Assembly (NCBI GenBank): GCA_002633005.1
Contig: NMRA01000256.1
Span: forward strand, 406,120 to 470,119
Direction: 5' to 3'
From: Phoronis australis
Taxonomy: Eukaryota > Animalia > Phoronida
DNA: 64,000 bases
In this document: positions 27,116 to 38,999 of the stretch, in pieces
Position numbering within the stretch: the stretch's first letter is position 1
Layout: the number at the start of each line of letters is the position of its first letter
The notes under the pieces: model-generated
The model's database searches: none
Seen by the model: the letters and a program-made list of their open reading frames with translations, nothing else
Told to the model about the DNA's origin: nothing
Made by a program: the position numbers and the translations under genes

Positions 27116-29514
27116 CTAAACAAGATTGGCACGCTGTGACTTGAAACCAGTTTCAAAACCTTCAGAACGGACATCGATCATCCTATTTATGAGCTGCTGA
27201 AGAACACCGGGCTTCCAAAATATAGGCTTACACGTATTTGTAATTTATGCATTCCGTCTCTCGTAATAAATTTAGCACCATTGTAAAGAAATTAAGGTTT
27301 ATATATGAAATCATATTTAGCTAGAATGAAGTTCGATTATATTTTCGCTTATTTAGCAAACAGGAATTCAGAATTTGAACGGTGTGAAATACGAGATTTC
27401 GAGAATTACATTTATCAGCGAAGAAAACTTGCAATACTGTGGGTATTGTAAAGTTGTTAAAAACAAACGTTAGGATTATTCCAATTACAAAAATCACGAT
27501 TTCAGGTGATTGATAAATTTCATATTTTTAACGACTAGTACCTACTTCAATCATCATTGGCCCATAAGATGACCCTTTTCAAGAAATGATCAGATAACTC
27601 TCATAGCCTTTTGGTTCGTGAATTTTCTAAAGATCATCATCCCACGCTGAAACGTCCATGGGGGCTTTTTACAAAGCACCCAAATTTCAGAGTTGAGCAA
27701 TCCTCGGGCCCCTCCACAGAATGGATGAAAACAATCTTGGTGAACGACTGGGAACCGCTGATATCCAACATATTGTTCTAAGTACGAATGTTGTCGTTTT
27801 GAGTGTTTGTTAGATTTCCCTTAAGGAAGTCGGGTTTCCTTGCAGATTTATCGATTGACACGTTGTTTGTTCATTAATTGCTTCTTGAGTATGAAACACG
27901 AGACTGTTCATCGTTGAGCTTTCTGCACAGGTAAATTGATTTAGAATAGGATTTCTTTTGAGGTAGTCAATATCCGACAATATATGTGTCACGTTTTTAA
28001 CATAAAAAATCAATTTAGAAGTTACCCCAGTTTTGTATTCCAGAATTCCAAGCGATTGTGTGAATTCAACTTTGCAAACCAGTACATTTCAAAACACTGA
28101 GAAGAATCGAAAACTATACGGCGTGTATGTACCACAAAGGGAACTGCAGGTGAAATAATATTTCACATCGGCTATACGAACATAGAATTGGGTAACTGTT
28201 TTAATGACCGTGCATTTTTCATAATTGCAACAAGTATGGTGGACAATTCGAAATTCATTTTGCCAAATTTTTCAACAAAATAAAAGTCTTTGTTATAATT
28301 ATTAGAATGTGTTACACTGTGCAGCTGATATCAAACAACGCATAAGTACATGTAACTAGTCTTCAAAAGTCATGCGTGTAACTATTGTGAGTGTAGAAAT
28401 AAAAATATCGGGTACTCGTTGTCTAACGATTCGAAGTTGACGAAAACTTACCGTTTAATTTGTCCTTCTGACGGGATTCAATATTCTTCACACCTTCGAA
28501 CATCAATGCACAGGAATTAAAAATACCCACGAGATCTCTCTGGGTCACTTACACTTTCTTTCACTGTGTACCTTCAGGTACTTTGTCTGGTACCCGAGCT
28601 TCTTTATGTCAATAACTTCAGTTAGGCGACGTTGATCGACAAGACTAGTAATTTGCCAAGCAAATTTTAGAACAATCATTCACATCCGTTGTAATTTCAT
28701 GTTGCAACAAGAAATTAGAAGACATGAGGCTGATTATCACTTACCTGAAACTGTCTAGTTCCGATTTCCCATTTTGCCACTAATTGCACTCGTGATATTT
28801 CCAACAGAGTCCGTGAAATACTGCAGAACTAGGGTTTATTTTAACTCTAGTCTGCATGGACCATACGTCCTTCTCATTGAAACATCGCATATAAAATGAT
28901 CTGCGTGCACGATCAATCCCAGCTTTCAGTCAACAAAGCAGTGTTATTGGCCTCGTTTTCCAAAGTTGGCGGAGACTTGGCGAGTTATGATCATCCACTA
29001 GATGGGGCTCCAGCTGACATCCGCTGGGATACCGATCCCACAAAAAGAAGCCAAACAAAATGGCGCCAAATTTGCGACATTTCGTGGATCCCTACCAGCA
29101 TCAGCAGCACTGGCATCAGCACCACTCAATTTCTCCCCAAGGTGGAGACCAATTTTAGTTTCCCTTCCCCAGTCCACACAGCCGTTTCATACCAACCTGC
29201 CCCCTACCCCCTTCGTCGACATCAATTATACCTCGATGCCAGTTGTGATTTCGCTCCTCCATTTGGTCCATGGGAAAGTAAAGAGCATTACTGTGCGGGG
29301 AGAGTGGGGGGAGGGGTGGAAAGAAATTCGACATCGGTAACAACGTCACATTTATCCCTATCGCCACCTCTTCAGTTCCTTGGCCGTCAACAACTTCATA
29401 CCACCCTCGCTTTAGGCGTACGGACTTTGGAACTTGGGGATAAAAAAGTTGAGAACTCGTGCTTAAATGAAATTTGAAACCTGGGGAAGTTACAAGGTTA
29501 CGTTTTAAGGGCAC

Positions 29515-29669
29515 TAGATACACCGTAAAATGTAACAATTGTTACATTTTATGTAATTGTTGCAATTTAAGTCGAATACACAGTGCGAAATGCAACATTG
29601 TTACATTTTACGAAAGCGACGTCATATTTCATGAGTTTGCATGGTACTTGTCACAAGGAAGAAGAAGAA

Positions 29670-29711
<42 letters not shown>

Positions 29712-30026
29712 AATGGTTAGCTAAATTCATGCTCTGTCATCCCGGAAGGTATTCTTATGGAAGAGGTATACGAAAAGTGCTGTCCAAAGTTTGTTTTTAC
29801 ACAGCAAAAATGCTGTCCAAAATGGTGCCATTTTCTACAAANTCTGTTGGTGGTAAGGATTACTTCCTCTGATGTAAATGACGAATATTTTGTTGTAGAT
29901 TTGTTTTTGCCGTTTGATTTTCCATTTACTTTAATCCAGTTGTCTTTTTTGAGGTCAACTTTATCTTGAACACCTGCTGTGATAGGTTTTTCTATTTTAC
30001 GAAATTGTTACATTTACGGCGTATCA
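29515..30026. mobile_element. MITE with TG..CA-type TIR (tgatacgccgtaaaatgtaacaatt), 6-bp TSD
   Basis: Flanks gggcac / gggcat; internal tgtaacaa/ttgttaca subrepeats; contains an N at 29842. Confidence 0.6.
29658..29706. repeat. (GAA)n(GAT)n microsatellite
   Basis: Directly visible. Confidence 0.9.
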
Positions 30027-31251
30027 GGGCATGACGTTGACCTACCTTTGAGAGGACATCTGTCATGCACTTCATACTATTAGGGTGCCTAAAAATGTAC
30101 TGTCAAAGTGTTTCGTCGGCTGCGAAATCCGGAGAAATACGGGGAGAAAGAACAACACCTCGGAATAAGTAGTAATTGAAGTTGGACATTTCAGTTATCG
30201 TCTATTTCTGAGAGTGAAAATGAGGTCTTAGCTCAAGATTCACTCTATCAACGTTCAGTTTGGGGAAAGTTCACTTTATCAGGGAAATGCTTTGAAAGAG
30301 TGCACTTTTAAAAGGTGCGGTCCCTGGGTCCGTGGTGCAATAACTAAGGGTCTGTTTCAAAACCCCTTGTTGAAATGGGTACCGAGTATCTAGTTGTTGC
30401 CTTCGGGAAGCAGGAAAGGGTGTTGTATTGAACCGACCAAATTTCGTCAACCTGTATACACCGATGGCAAACATCAGTTACTTAGGCAGCTATTTAAGAC
30501 TGGCAAATATCACCTAGAACATTTTACAGCACAGGGTAGGATGATAGCGATTTTGTCGAATATTAGTCTTCATCAAAGTTAATTGAAGCATCATCAATTT
30601 CTTACGAGAGTAAACATTTTTTCTTTCATTCAGTCATTTTTTCTAGATGCGATGTACAAAATGAGAAATCTTGCAGGTTAACACAAGGAAATGATTTTGA
30701 CATGGCAAATTAACACAATACAAAAACTAAAGGCACACACAAATCACATTTTGGGTTAGCTTCCTGTTGTTGTGATGCAAGACTTTCAAATCCGTAATTC
30801 ACCGTATGGGATTTTTAAATAATTCCTGAAGGGATGGGCACAGATTCACTAGTTGACTGGCAATCGGGAGAGCATTGACGGGAGGCGGATCACCCAGCCT
30901 TCTCCAAGAAATTTTCAGAATTTATTTGTGGTAACGTGAGCTCTGGTTCATTTCAGTTGTGGCCTGTTCGGTGAATCATCGTGAGTTAAACTTGTCGTAC
31001 TTCAAAAATCCCAGTGCTCTGTTTACCATTGCCAACACACGCACTAGTGCACGTCAATCCGTAAGTCATGCACAGTGTACACGATCATGAAAACGTACTC
31101 CTGACAGTCTGATCGACACAGCGAGTTCGTACTAACAATTTCCTGTTAAAAATGTTTTCCTAGTAACAATCTTCAAAAGAAATACTATTCCTGGAAGTCT
31201 TTGGGAAAAAGTAGCCATCTCTTTATAGTTATAAGATACAAAAGATGTTTT

Positions 31252-31325
31252 GATATCGTATGTCTACAGAATACTTGGGCAAGTGAGGAAGCCAAATTTG
31301 ATCTCAAAGGTTATAAACGTTTTGC
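31252..31325 (+). mobile_element. LINE endonuclease N-terminal remnant
   Basis: Translates DIVCLQNTWASEEAKFDLKGYKRF, matching the DIxCLQETW..GY motif. Confidence 0.5.
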
Positions 31326-31797
31326 CGAATAAAGTCAAACGATATCAGAAAGTCAGGTAGTGTACTACCGGTAATGTTTGTAAAACAGGAGTCTGTTTCA
31401 TGTGCACTCCTACTTCATAATTACTGAGTCATTTAGTTATCAGCACGTCACAACCCAAAAATAAGTCATACAAATTATTTCAGTAACTAGAAGTTATAGG
31501 TATATTCTCAGAGACTTCGTATTTTTGCTTAAAGGCGAAGGCAACCTTTTTCCATGTCATTTTGAGCTAAAATAAGGTTGGTTGGTTATCCTAGACATAT
31601 TTTCCACTTAATTACAGCTTTTCATAATTTTATTAATTACTCGTCCGCTACTCCGGAAGTGACGTTTTAGGAGGCAAGCATTTCGCGCCAATTTCTGTTC
31701 ATATAGTCTGACTGTGAGAGCTGCCGAGTCAGTCATTGTTCTACCTCGGTTGTGTTAAGTTCTGTCGTCGTTTGCTTTCATTTACTAGTTAGTCAAC

Positions 31798-32805
31798 ATG
31801 CCACACTGTTGCTGCGTACCAGGATGTACTAATTATCGGCTCACGCGCGCTTTGGGAGTACCTTTGCATCGCTTTCCGATGGATGACACACTTCGCCGTA
31901 CTTGGCTCGTTCGTGTGAAGAACGCAGCGTTACCGGTCCACGCAACGTACAAAGCAGTGGAAAATTACCGTGTGTGTGGCAAGCACTTTCTGCCTCCCGA
32001 TTACGAAAGGGATTTGTACGCTGAACTGATGAAGGTCCCTGCGAAAAAACGTCTGAAGAAGGATGCCATTCCGTCTGTGTTGATTCCTGGCAGTGCCCCG
32101 TCGCCACCCCCGGGAAGTGCGTTTTTGATGCGAGAAGCCTCGCGAGCTGTGGCCAGTACAGTGACTGGAGCCAGTGGAGGCACTTCATCTACTGTCACCC
32201 GTGCCTCCGAACGTACCCCAGAACGTGCAATTCCTGGAACCAGTAGTGATTCGCCCTGTGCTGTTTTCTCCAGCCCAGAGCCTCTAAGCAGCCCTGCAGC
32301 GATATTGAGTAGTGGGAGTGATTACAGGCCCAGTTCGACACCCAGTGAAGAGGACAGTTCGTCGTCCAGTGAACAGATCGGTGAGCCAAACTTTGATAAG
32401 TTTATTGTGGACTTGTCTAAAGTGTTGGAGCTATTTAGAAGGTGCCAGGTGTGTGGCGAGGGAGTCACACGACACGATGTAAGCAGTTTGGGTGCTCAGG
32501 TCACCATCCAGTGGGAGTGTGTCGCGGGACACTCTGGCAAGTGGGACAGTTGTTCCTCTGTCCGTGGTATGCCGGAGGTCCACTTAACCATGTCCAGTAG
32601 TGGCTTGGCCTCGTCGAACTCTGAACAGCACAAGCATTCCATTGAGGTAGGCATAACAACGCACACAGTGCATTTGCACCAAGATGTGTCACCACGTCTG
32701 TCCTCAGTAGCCGCCTCGTTTCTCTCAACAGCTGCCTGTGCCTGTGCGTACTCTGCCTCGTTATACTCGGGCTCAAACATGTACCCACCCACTGAATGTC
32801 CGTGA
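31798..32805 (+). CDS. THAP zinc-finger protein: N-terminal part of a Kolobok transposase with no DDE core; C-terminal ~70 aa read from the antisense of KolX
   Basis: THAP C2CH signature CCVPGC..LHRFP..W..VCGKHF..LKKDAIPSV, a Ser/Pro-rich linker, then LFRRCQVC..WECVAGH..W. Uninterrupted 335 codons. Confidence 0.8.
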   Translation: MPHCCCVPGCTNYRLTRALGVPLHRFPMDDTLRRTWLVRVKNAALPVHATYKAVENYRVCGKHFLPPDYERDLYAELMKVPAKKRLKKDAIPSVLIPGSAPSPPPGSAFLMREASRAVASTVTGASGGTSSTVTRASERTPERAIPGTSSDSPCAVFSSPEPLSSPAAILSSGSDYRPSSTPSEEDSSSSSEQIGEPNFDKFIVDLSKVLELFRRCQVCGEGVTRHDVSSLGAQVTIQWECVAGHSGKWDSCSSVRGMPEVHLTMSSSGLASSNSEQHKHSIEVGITTHTVHLHQDVSPRLSSVAASFLSTAACACAYSASLYSGSNMYPPTECP

Positions 32806-32891
32806 AAAAATTCCTCGTCACCACTGCTGTGAACAAGGTCTCCGTCACTCACACTACTGTCACTGTGATACGGGTCACCGACTCCAGCCAT
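32496..32891 (-). CDS. KolX-like accessory protein, N-terminal part (P2X7-ballast/nanor-like Cys cluster), truncated by the internal deletion
   Basis: ATG at 32891, acidic N-terminus, YMFEPEY, then WCKCTVCVVMPTSMECLCCSE. Sequence beyond about 32595 is the antisense of the transposase. Confidence 0.7.
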   Translation of the reverse strand: MAGVGDPYHSDSSVSDGDLVHSSGDEEFFHGHSVGGYMFEPEYNEAEYAQAQAAVERNEAATEDRRGDTSWCKCTVCVVMPTSMECLCCSEFDEAKPLLDMVKWTSGIPRTEEQLSHLPECPATHSHWMVT

Positions 32892-34793
32892 TTTCAGCTT
32901 ACAACACACTAAACAATCCCTAAATCCAACGTAGTTGAGTTCTCTACTAACCTATCTTGCCGCAGAATACTCGCCGATGGAAAGTGGTGGCGACAATTGT
33001 TGAAAAACAGCACAAAACAAAAGTAGAATAGAACAGATTCGCACGGTAAAGTCAACGCAAAACCAAGTGGCGGGAAACGCTTGCCTCCTAAAACGTCACT
33101 TCCGGAGTAGCGGACGAGTAATTTATAAAATTACGAAAAGCTGTAATTAAGAGGAAAATATGTCTAGGATAACCAACCAACCTTATTTTAGCTCAAAATG
33201 ACATGGAAAAAGGTTACCTTCGCCTTTAAGTGAGATTTGTTAATTGTCATAAATAGTTGTGTGTCCAAAGTTTTGACTAAAGTCTGTTTCATGAAGCAAA
33301 CACCAGGATATGACGTTTTCTCAAATGAACTGGAATGTGTTACAAAACGACTGGTTAATAACACCGAGTACGTAATTTTTTGATATTACATGGACGAATC
33401 ACAAAGTAGTGCAAAGTAGAAATCCTTACGCCTTACATTTTATCGTCTGCAAAACACTTTTAAGTGTTTAAAAACAAACAACTGCCAGAATTCCGTGAAG
33501 GTGACAAAATTATGATTGACAAATCGGATTTCGAACTGCAAGTACTCCCAATCGGAAGAACATGCAAACAACTTCTAAGCGGATCCATCTTCGGCGGCGA
33601 ATTCCATGTCCACGTTCATTCAAACCGAGACGAACCCAAACTCAAAAACCAGGCGGTGAGACTGATTAGCTGTGCTGACTCAAGGTCAGTTCAGTGCTCA
33701 CGCGCGGGAAAGCAGTGCTGACGGTTATTTATAAACATATGTTAAGTTTTAAAGTTACAACGTCAAAGAGTATTTATTAGGTTCCATCTTTAACGATTGT
33801 TCCAAAAGCTAAATGCAATTTACAATTGTTAAGTTTAAAATAAAATTATTAACAAAAAGTAAAAGGGTTTACTTTGCATTGCGCAAGCGTGTTTTTCAAA
33901 AGTTGCGACAAGTGGTTGAAAGTTTTAGACACGTCGAATTTTTCGGCAAAACAATCGTTTTTACGGTTCATGTAAGAAAACAAATCCTACACTTGTCTCA
34001 GGTTTATGACATGGGCAGTCAGACATACCACTCTACGGACTCACCTAAGCCAACTGTACGGACAAGTCACGAGTAGATTTTTGAAAACTGTACGAACTCG
34101 TCAGTGAGCTGGTTAAGAATTAGTCAAATTTTAACCAGAATAGACCGTTTAACTTTATAATTACCAATAGTTCTCGAGGAGTATAGTCGGAAAGGTTACT
34201 TAAAAAGATTGGATCCGATGTATTTGCAAATGGTGAATTAAAGTGAGAACACAGATAAGAAGTATCAGGCCATTGCCATTAACCATTTTGGACAGAGTGA
34301 AATCGATGTAAAAACATTTTACAAATTTTCCCATCAACCAACTCCAAGTGCTGTTATTTCTGTGTTGGCACAGATCACTTTACTGAAGCAATTGGCCACG
34401 GCATCACAGATCACGGTGTCTAACCTTGCATGGTTTGGAATGTTTCAGAGTAAAAATATGGGTGCATTCCATGCGCACACCCAAACTAAAAAATGGGGGC
34501 TCGAATGTTTGAGAATATGGACCTTTTACTAAGATTCAAGGGGTACGTCCAAGGTTATGAATTGTGCATTCACAATTTTGGTAGTTCCTGCCTTTTTAGT
34601 GGACTTTTGTCCCGGTTTCAACTTTATTCAAAGGCGGACTTTTTTGCCCATTTCGCCTTCTTCTTCTGGGTGCGCATTGATACGCCGTAAAATGTAAAAA
34701 TTTCGTGAAATGTATCAATGTTACATTTTAGGAAACCAACGTCATATCACAAAGTAAATGATCAAAATCACGAATAAGTGGTATCTGACACGG

Positions 34794-35043
34794 CCGGGGG
34801 TACTCAAGTATGTTTGGACGAGTGGTGCCGCCGAAAATTTGGATACTTATCCATTTACAGAGTGGGCTAGGGCAAAAAGTGACCCATTTACAGAGTAATT
34901 TTTGCACAGTTCATTTTCGCAAATTCAGAAAAGACACCCTTTTAGATAGTATTTTGTCGGAAATGACAACATTTTTTTTCTGTGAAAAAACACCTTTTTA
35001 GCGGCACTTTTTGCATACTTTTTGAATAGGAATACCCTCTCGG
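34794..35043. mobile_element. MULE-like MITE with perfect 9-bp TSD CTGACACGG
   Basis: TSD at 34785-34793 and 35044-35052; CCG..CGG termini. Confidence 0.75.
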
Positions 35044-36146
35044 CTGACACGGCATGAATTTGGGAAACCATTATCATTACTATTACTATTATTTTCATTA
35101 TCATTATCATTATTATTGAGTATATTTAACGAGAACACAGTGCAATATACACAGTACATGCTTAGCTCAGTGCTAATACATCATGGTCCTCCAAAACTTT
35201 AAATTCGCCTCATTTATGGCTCAATGTTTTCATCGAGATTCCCATAATGGACAGCGAGTGGTGTTTCAAAAGGATTTTTAAGGTGTTCGTACGTCTTGAC
35301 AGCTGGGGATGCAGAGTTGATCTACTTTTTGGGAACGAGGAGGTTGAGATTTAAAGACTTGTTTAGACGTGCGCCAACTTCAAAAATTGATCGTTTCTGA
35401 CTTGTGGGCAAGCACGTTATTGTTTGTTAAATAACTATAACTGTATATCATTGAATCTGTAATCTGGTTCTTGGGCCTCACACTCTGACGTCAAGGATAG
35501 CGTCTAAAGGGTCGGTGTAGGAGACTATGTCCTTCTGTAGCTTGCCAAGAAAGACTGAATTCAGACTAATCTTTTACTTGCGACTAATATCTGAACGTGA
35601 GGAAACTCAATGTGTTATCATTTTTGTCTGTTGTTGAAAACATTCCTTTCAATTTCAAAGAACTGTTGCTCGTTCCAAGATGAATAGTTCTGGGATTGCA
35701 ACACGGAAAACAGCATCACATGACCGTATTGCACTTGAATTATTCAACGCGTATGGGATAATGAACATTTCCATTGTTAGACGTCCGATTTTTGGTGCGT
35801 AAGGCAACGAAGAACCTCGCTTGTGGAACTCTTTTTGACTAATTTGGCAGAATCCCTTCGTGCGCACAAAACTGGTTAAAAATACGACACTGTTAGACAG
35901 TTAACTAGCTTGAACTGATATAAGCGAGTCTGTATCAAGCTAGAGCAGTCAAAGGTCCTCACTTGTGTTTTAATCAATGTACAGAAATCAAGATGACTTC
36001 AAAGTGCACCATAGATTGAAGGCCTCAAATTTACACAACGAGACAGAAGAAATTTTGGTAAATTGAACTTCTTTGGAGTTTGGATGTACGTTCTAAACTT
36101 GAAAACACACTTTTAAAATCTACCGAATGACCTTCAACAGTACCGA

Positions 36147-36560
36147 TTGACCCAACAATTTTGGGACACCAAATTAATGTGGTCCTACAGAAATTTCAGT
36201 ACCAATACTTATCTTCACAAGATTGGGATTTTACCAATTGATGATTGCCTTTTCTGTGAGAATGAGTCACAGGATCTTTTTCGTCTGTACTGGTTTTGCA
36301 ATATTGTACAGTCTTTTAATTGGATGACGTTGAGTGAATGGATGTGTAAAAAAACAGATCAGTCATTTAAGGTAACGCCCAAAGATATATTTTGAGAAAT
36401 TTGATAGGTGTGAAATATGCAATTTAATACTTTGTCTTAGGAATCTAGACCTGTATGAAAGAAGAATAAAAAATCAGCCAAGTTTGGAAGTTGCCAAAAC
36501 GGAAATCATCGATTATAATGGTGTAGAGAAATGAATATTATTTTAATCACAAGAAATTCT
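36147..36560 (+). mobile_element. Decayed L1/Tx1-like LINE 3' fragment
   Basis: TNTYLHKIGI..CLFCENE..LYWFC degenerate zinc-knuckle region; disrupted frame. Confidence 0.6.
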
Positions 36561-36739
36561 TGGACGTACCCCATGGAATATTTATTTCTCTGATGCATGA
36601 GTGTGCGCGCGTGTGTGCGCGCGAATGGTATGATTCATAGGAACGTTGACCCGCACAGCGATGAAATGTAGACCTACTTGTCACTCAAATAACAGTAACA
36701 GGATTTACGAAACAGAATTGTACAAATTAAATTTCCGGA

Positions 36740-37480
36740 TTGAAAAATCATCCCTGAGATTTTTAGCTAAGGAACGTATGGTACTTTCATTTGAAAACGT
36801 GACTGTTTACAGTTGATTAATGATTTGGGGTCTAGGCTAAATGCAGTGTGAAAAGCATCACACATTTTTTGTCTAATATTGTCATATTCACAACAATGAA
36901 ACAAAAAATGAAATTCATCGTCAAGTTGTCCTGAGTGACATATCTCATACAGTCTGTCATTCAAGGTCAGGATAAACCTATAAAGCGTCCCGTTTCTACT
37001 ATGACGGAAGTTTAGAATTCCACAGCGAAACCGAGAAAGAAATGATCATAAACATCGGTCAAGCGGAAGCGTAATGTACAGTACTGGTTTCAGAAGTATT
37101 TTAAAAGTTTTTAGCGTTCTCAACTTGGGCGCTGTTTGGATCTGGTCTGACCAAGTGTCGGCCAGTTGCTTTTGCAGAAAATTTCACGCTATTCGTATAT
37201 CAAAAGAGCACTTATTCAAAAAAGTGTTCTCAGCTTGCAGGCCTGTACAAAGAATGCGTCTTAATTCTGAAGACCAGTTGTTGCAACCTATTATTCAAAA
37301 AAAATCATATTAGTAACTCTAGTATCCTCCATTGTGACTAATCTATTCTACAGTCTGATCTTCTGAATTTTCCTTCGCAAGGCAGAATCATGCCAAGCCA
37401 TGTCGCCATGAATAGCTACATTTGGCGCAAATCTATGGATGTCGAGAAAACCGTCAGAGTTGATACCTATTTTGCATTGC
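36740..37480 (-). mobile_element. Decayed LINE 3' fragment (RTE-X-like)
   Basis: APKLRTLK.., SFLSRFRCGIL and EICHSGQLDDEFHFLFHCCEYDNIR, with stops and frameshifts. Confidence 0.65.
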
Positions 37481-38999
37481 ATCACATTTTCTATGCTGAT
37501 TACATTTTTGACTATACCAAGATACTACTCATTAGAAAAACAAAATGTAAAATGTAACAATGGTTCATTTTGGAATGTGCATTCGATGTAAATTGTAACT
37601 ACCACATAAAATGTAACAACTTGTTACATTTTAGGAGAGGCCTAGCAATATAACAATTGTTACATTTTACGAAATTGTTACATTTTACGGCGTATCAACG
37701 CATGCATTCCCAGCACCGTTCTGGAGGAGAGCTGCGAAACCAGGTCAAGCAACAGATATCTATACCAGAAAAAGAGTTTGATCACAAGAGTCCACGTATG
37801 AAGACAAAAGTAGGACGAGCTGGCAAAGATGAAGAATACACCGAGCGAAAAGAGTGCGAAATGGATATAGAGACAGATTTAGCACGAGAATACAGTGCAA
37901 TAAAAGAAGTATTTGATGTCACACCACGCGTGGTGACCGATGCTTTGGAAATAATAGGGAAGTCAGACACCTGGGTCAAGTTTAATAGGATAATAGCGGA
38001 TGGCACGTTCCCCTTAGAAAATATAGCGTGAACTGGCACTGGAGAAATTCAAGGAGATGAGCGGTCCTGCATGCCAAATGTGGAAATCGGTGTAACGACT
38101 CCATCTCGCGCCAAACCTTGTGGTCTGATGCATATAAATTTTAAATATTTCCTCCATTTCGAAATCTTTACAACAGTCGGCTAACTTTGGAGTTTAATGC
38201 TGTGCAATTTACTAAGTTTACGTGGCAGAAACCAACAAATCTTAGTTGTTTCTGGGAGATATAGTCTGTGCAGTAAGTCTGACAGCAAGTTTTTGGCCAG
38301 GAATCGGATTGGAAAGTAATTTGACATTATTTATCAAGATATTGCTTTATATGTATAGGAATGAGTTATTTTCTGCAGGTATTCGAGCACAATTAGACTA
38401 CAGCAATACTTTGAAAACACAAAATACGAAACCTTACTGTTGCTCATAACGACTTCGGACAGTCACGCGAAACTGGAGTGTGACGAGTCCGTACAGATAT
38501 TTTGAGAGTAGGTATCATAAAATGCTACATAACTTAAACTACAAATTACAAATATCAACAAGTATAATACTTCTCATGCGCGATGTGTATGGTTACATGG
38601 GCGGTACTCTAACACAAAAATTTAGACAAACAAGAACAAATATAAAAAATGACGCTCAAAGTTTGTGACTGTGTAAACAATCAGTGAAATCTCTACTAAC
38701 TATAGGGACCGTATTGATGTAATTAATGTCACATTCAACACAACTCTTCCACTGAGTGCATACCAACAGTTTCATTGCAAAAAGTCATGTATAACAGGGT
38801 AAACGATCTCATAAGGTACGCCTTCTTGGGGATTTTTTTGCCAATTTTGCTCATGACGACGCCGTACTCCTCATGGCCAGTCCAAACATGTAGTACAGGT
38901 CCCCACACCGGGCGCGTAGGATTCTCTATTTATGTATCTACAGTGCATATAAAATCTGAAAATTGATTGGCTACGAACTTTTTTTAGATGAGCCACCAA

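Larger units (their letters stand above)
31533..33225 (+). mobile_element. Kolobok-type DNA transposon, internally deleted (1693 bp)
   Basis: TTAA TSD (31529-31532, 33226-33229) and AGG...CCT termini. 158-bp TIRs (31533-31690 / 33068-33225, 6 mismatches counted). Two convergent ORFs (THAP transposase N-terminus, KolX-like N-terminus) match Kolobok organisation. Confidence 0.85.
34678..37697. mobile_element. Same TG..CA family, expanded to 3.0 kb by nested insertions, 6-bp TSD
   Basis: TIR tgatacgccgtaaaatgtaa / ttacattttacggcgtatca; flanks gcgcat / acgcat. Confidence 0.65.

Noticed and set aside
28896-29477. 193-aa ORF and overlapping ORFs
   Set aside because: No recognisable domain, and several frames are open together in a locally GC-richer stretch. 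It holds single CTCF-like (28995) and YY1-like motifs but nothing supports coding.
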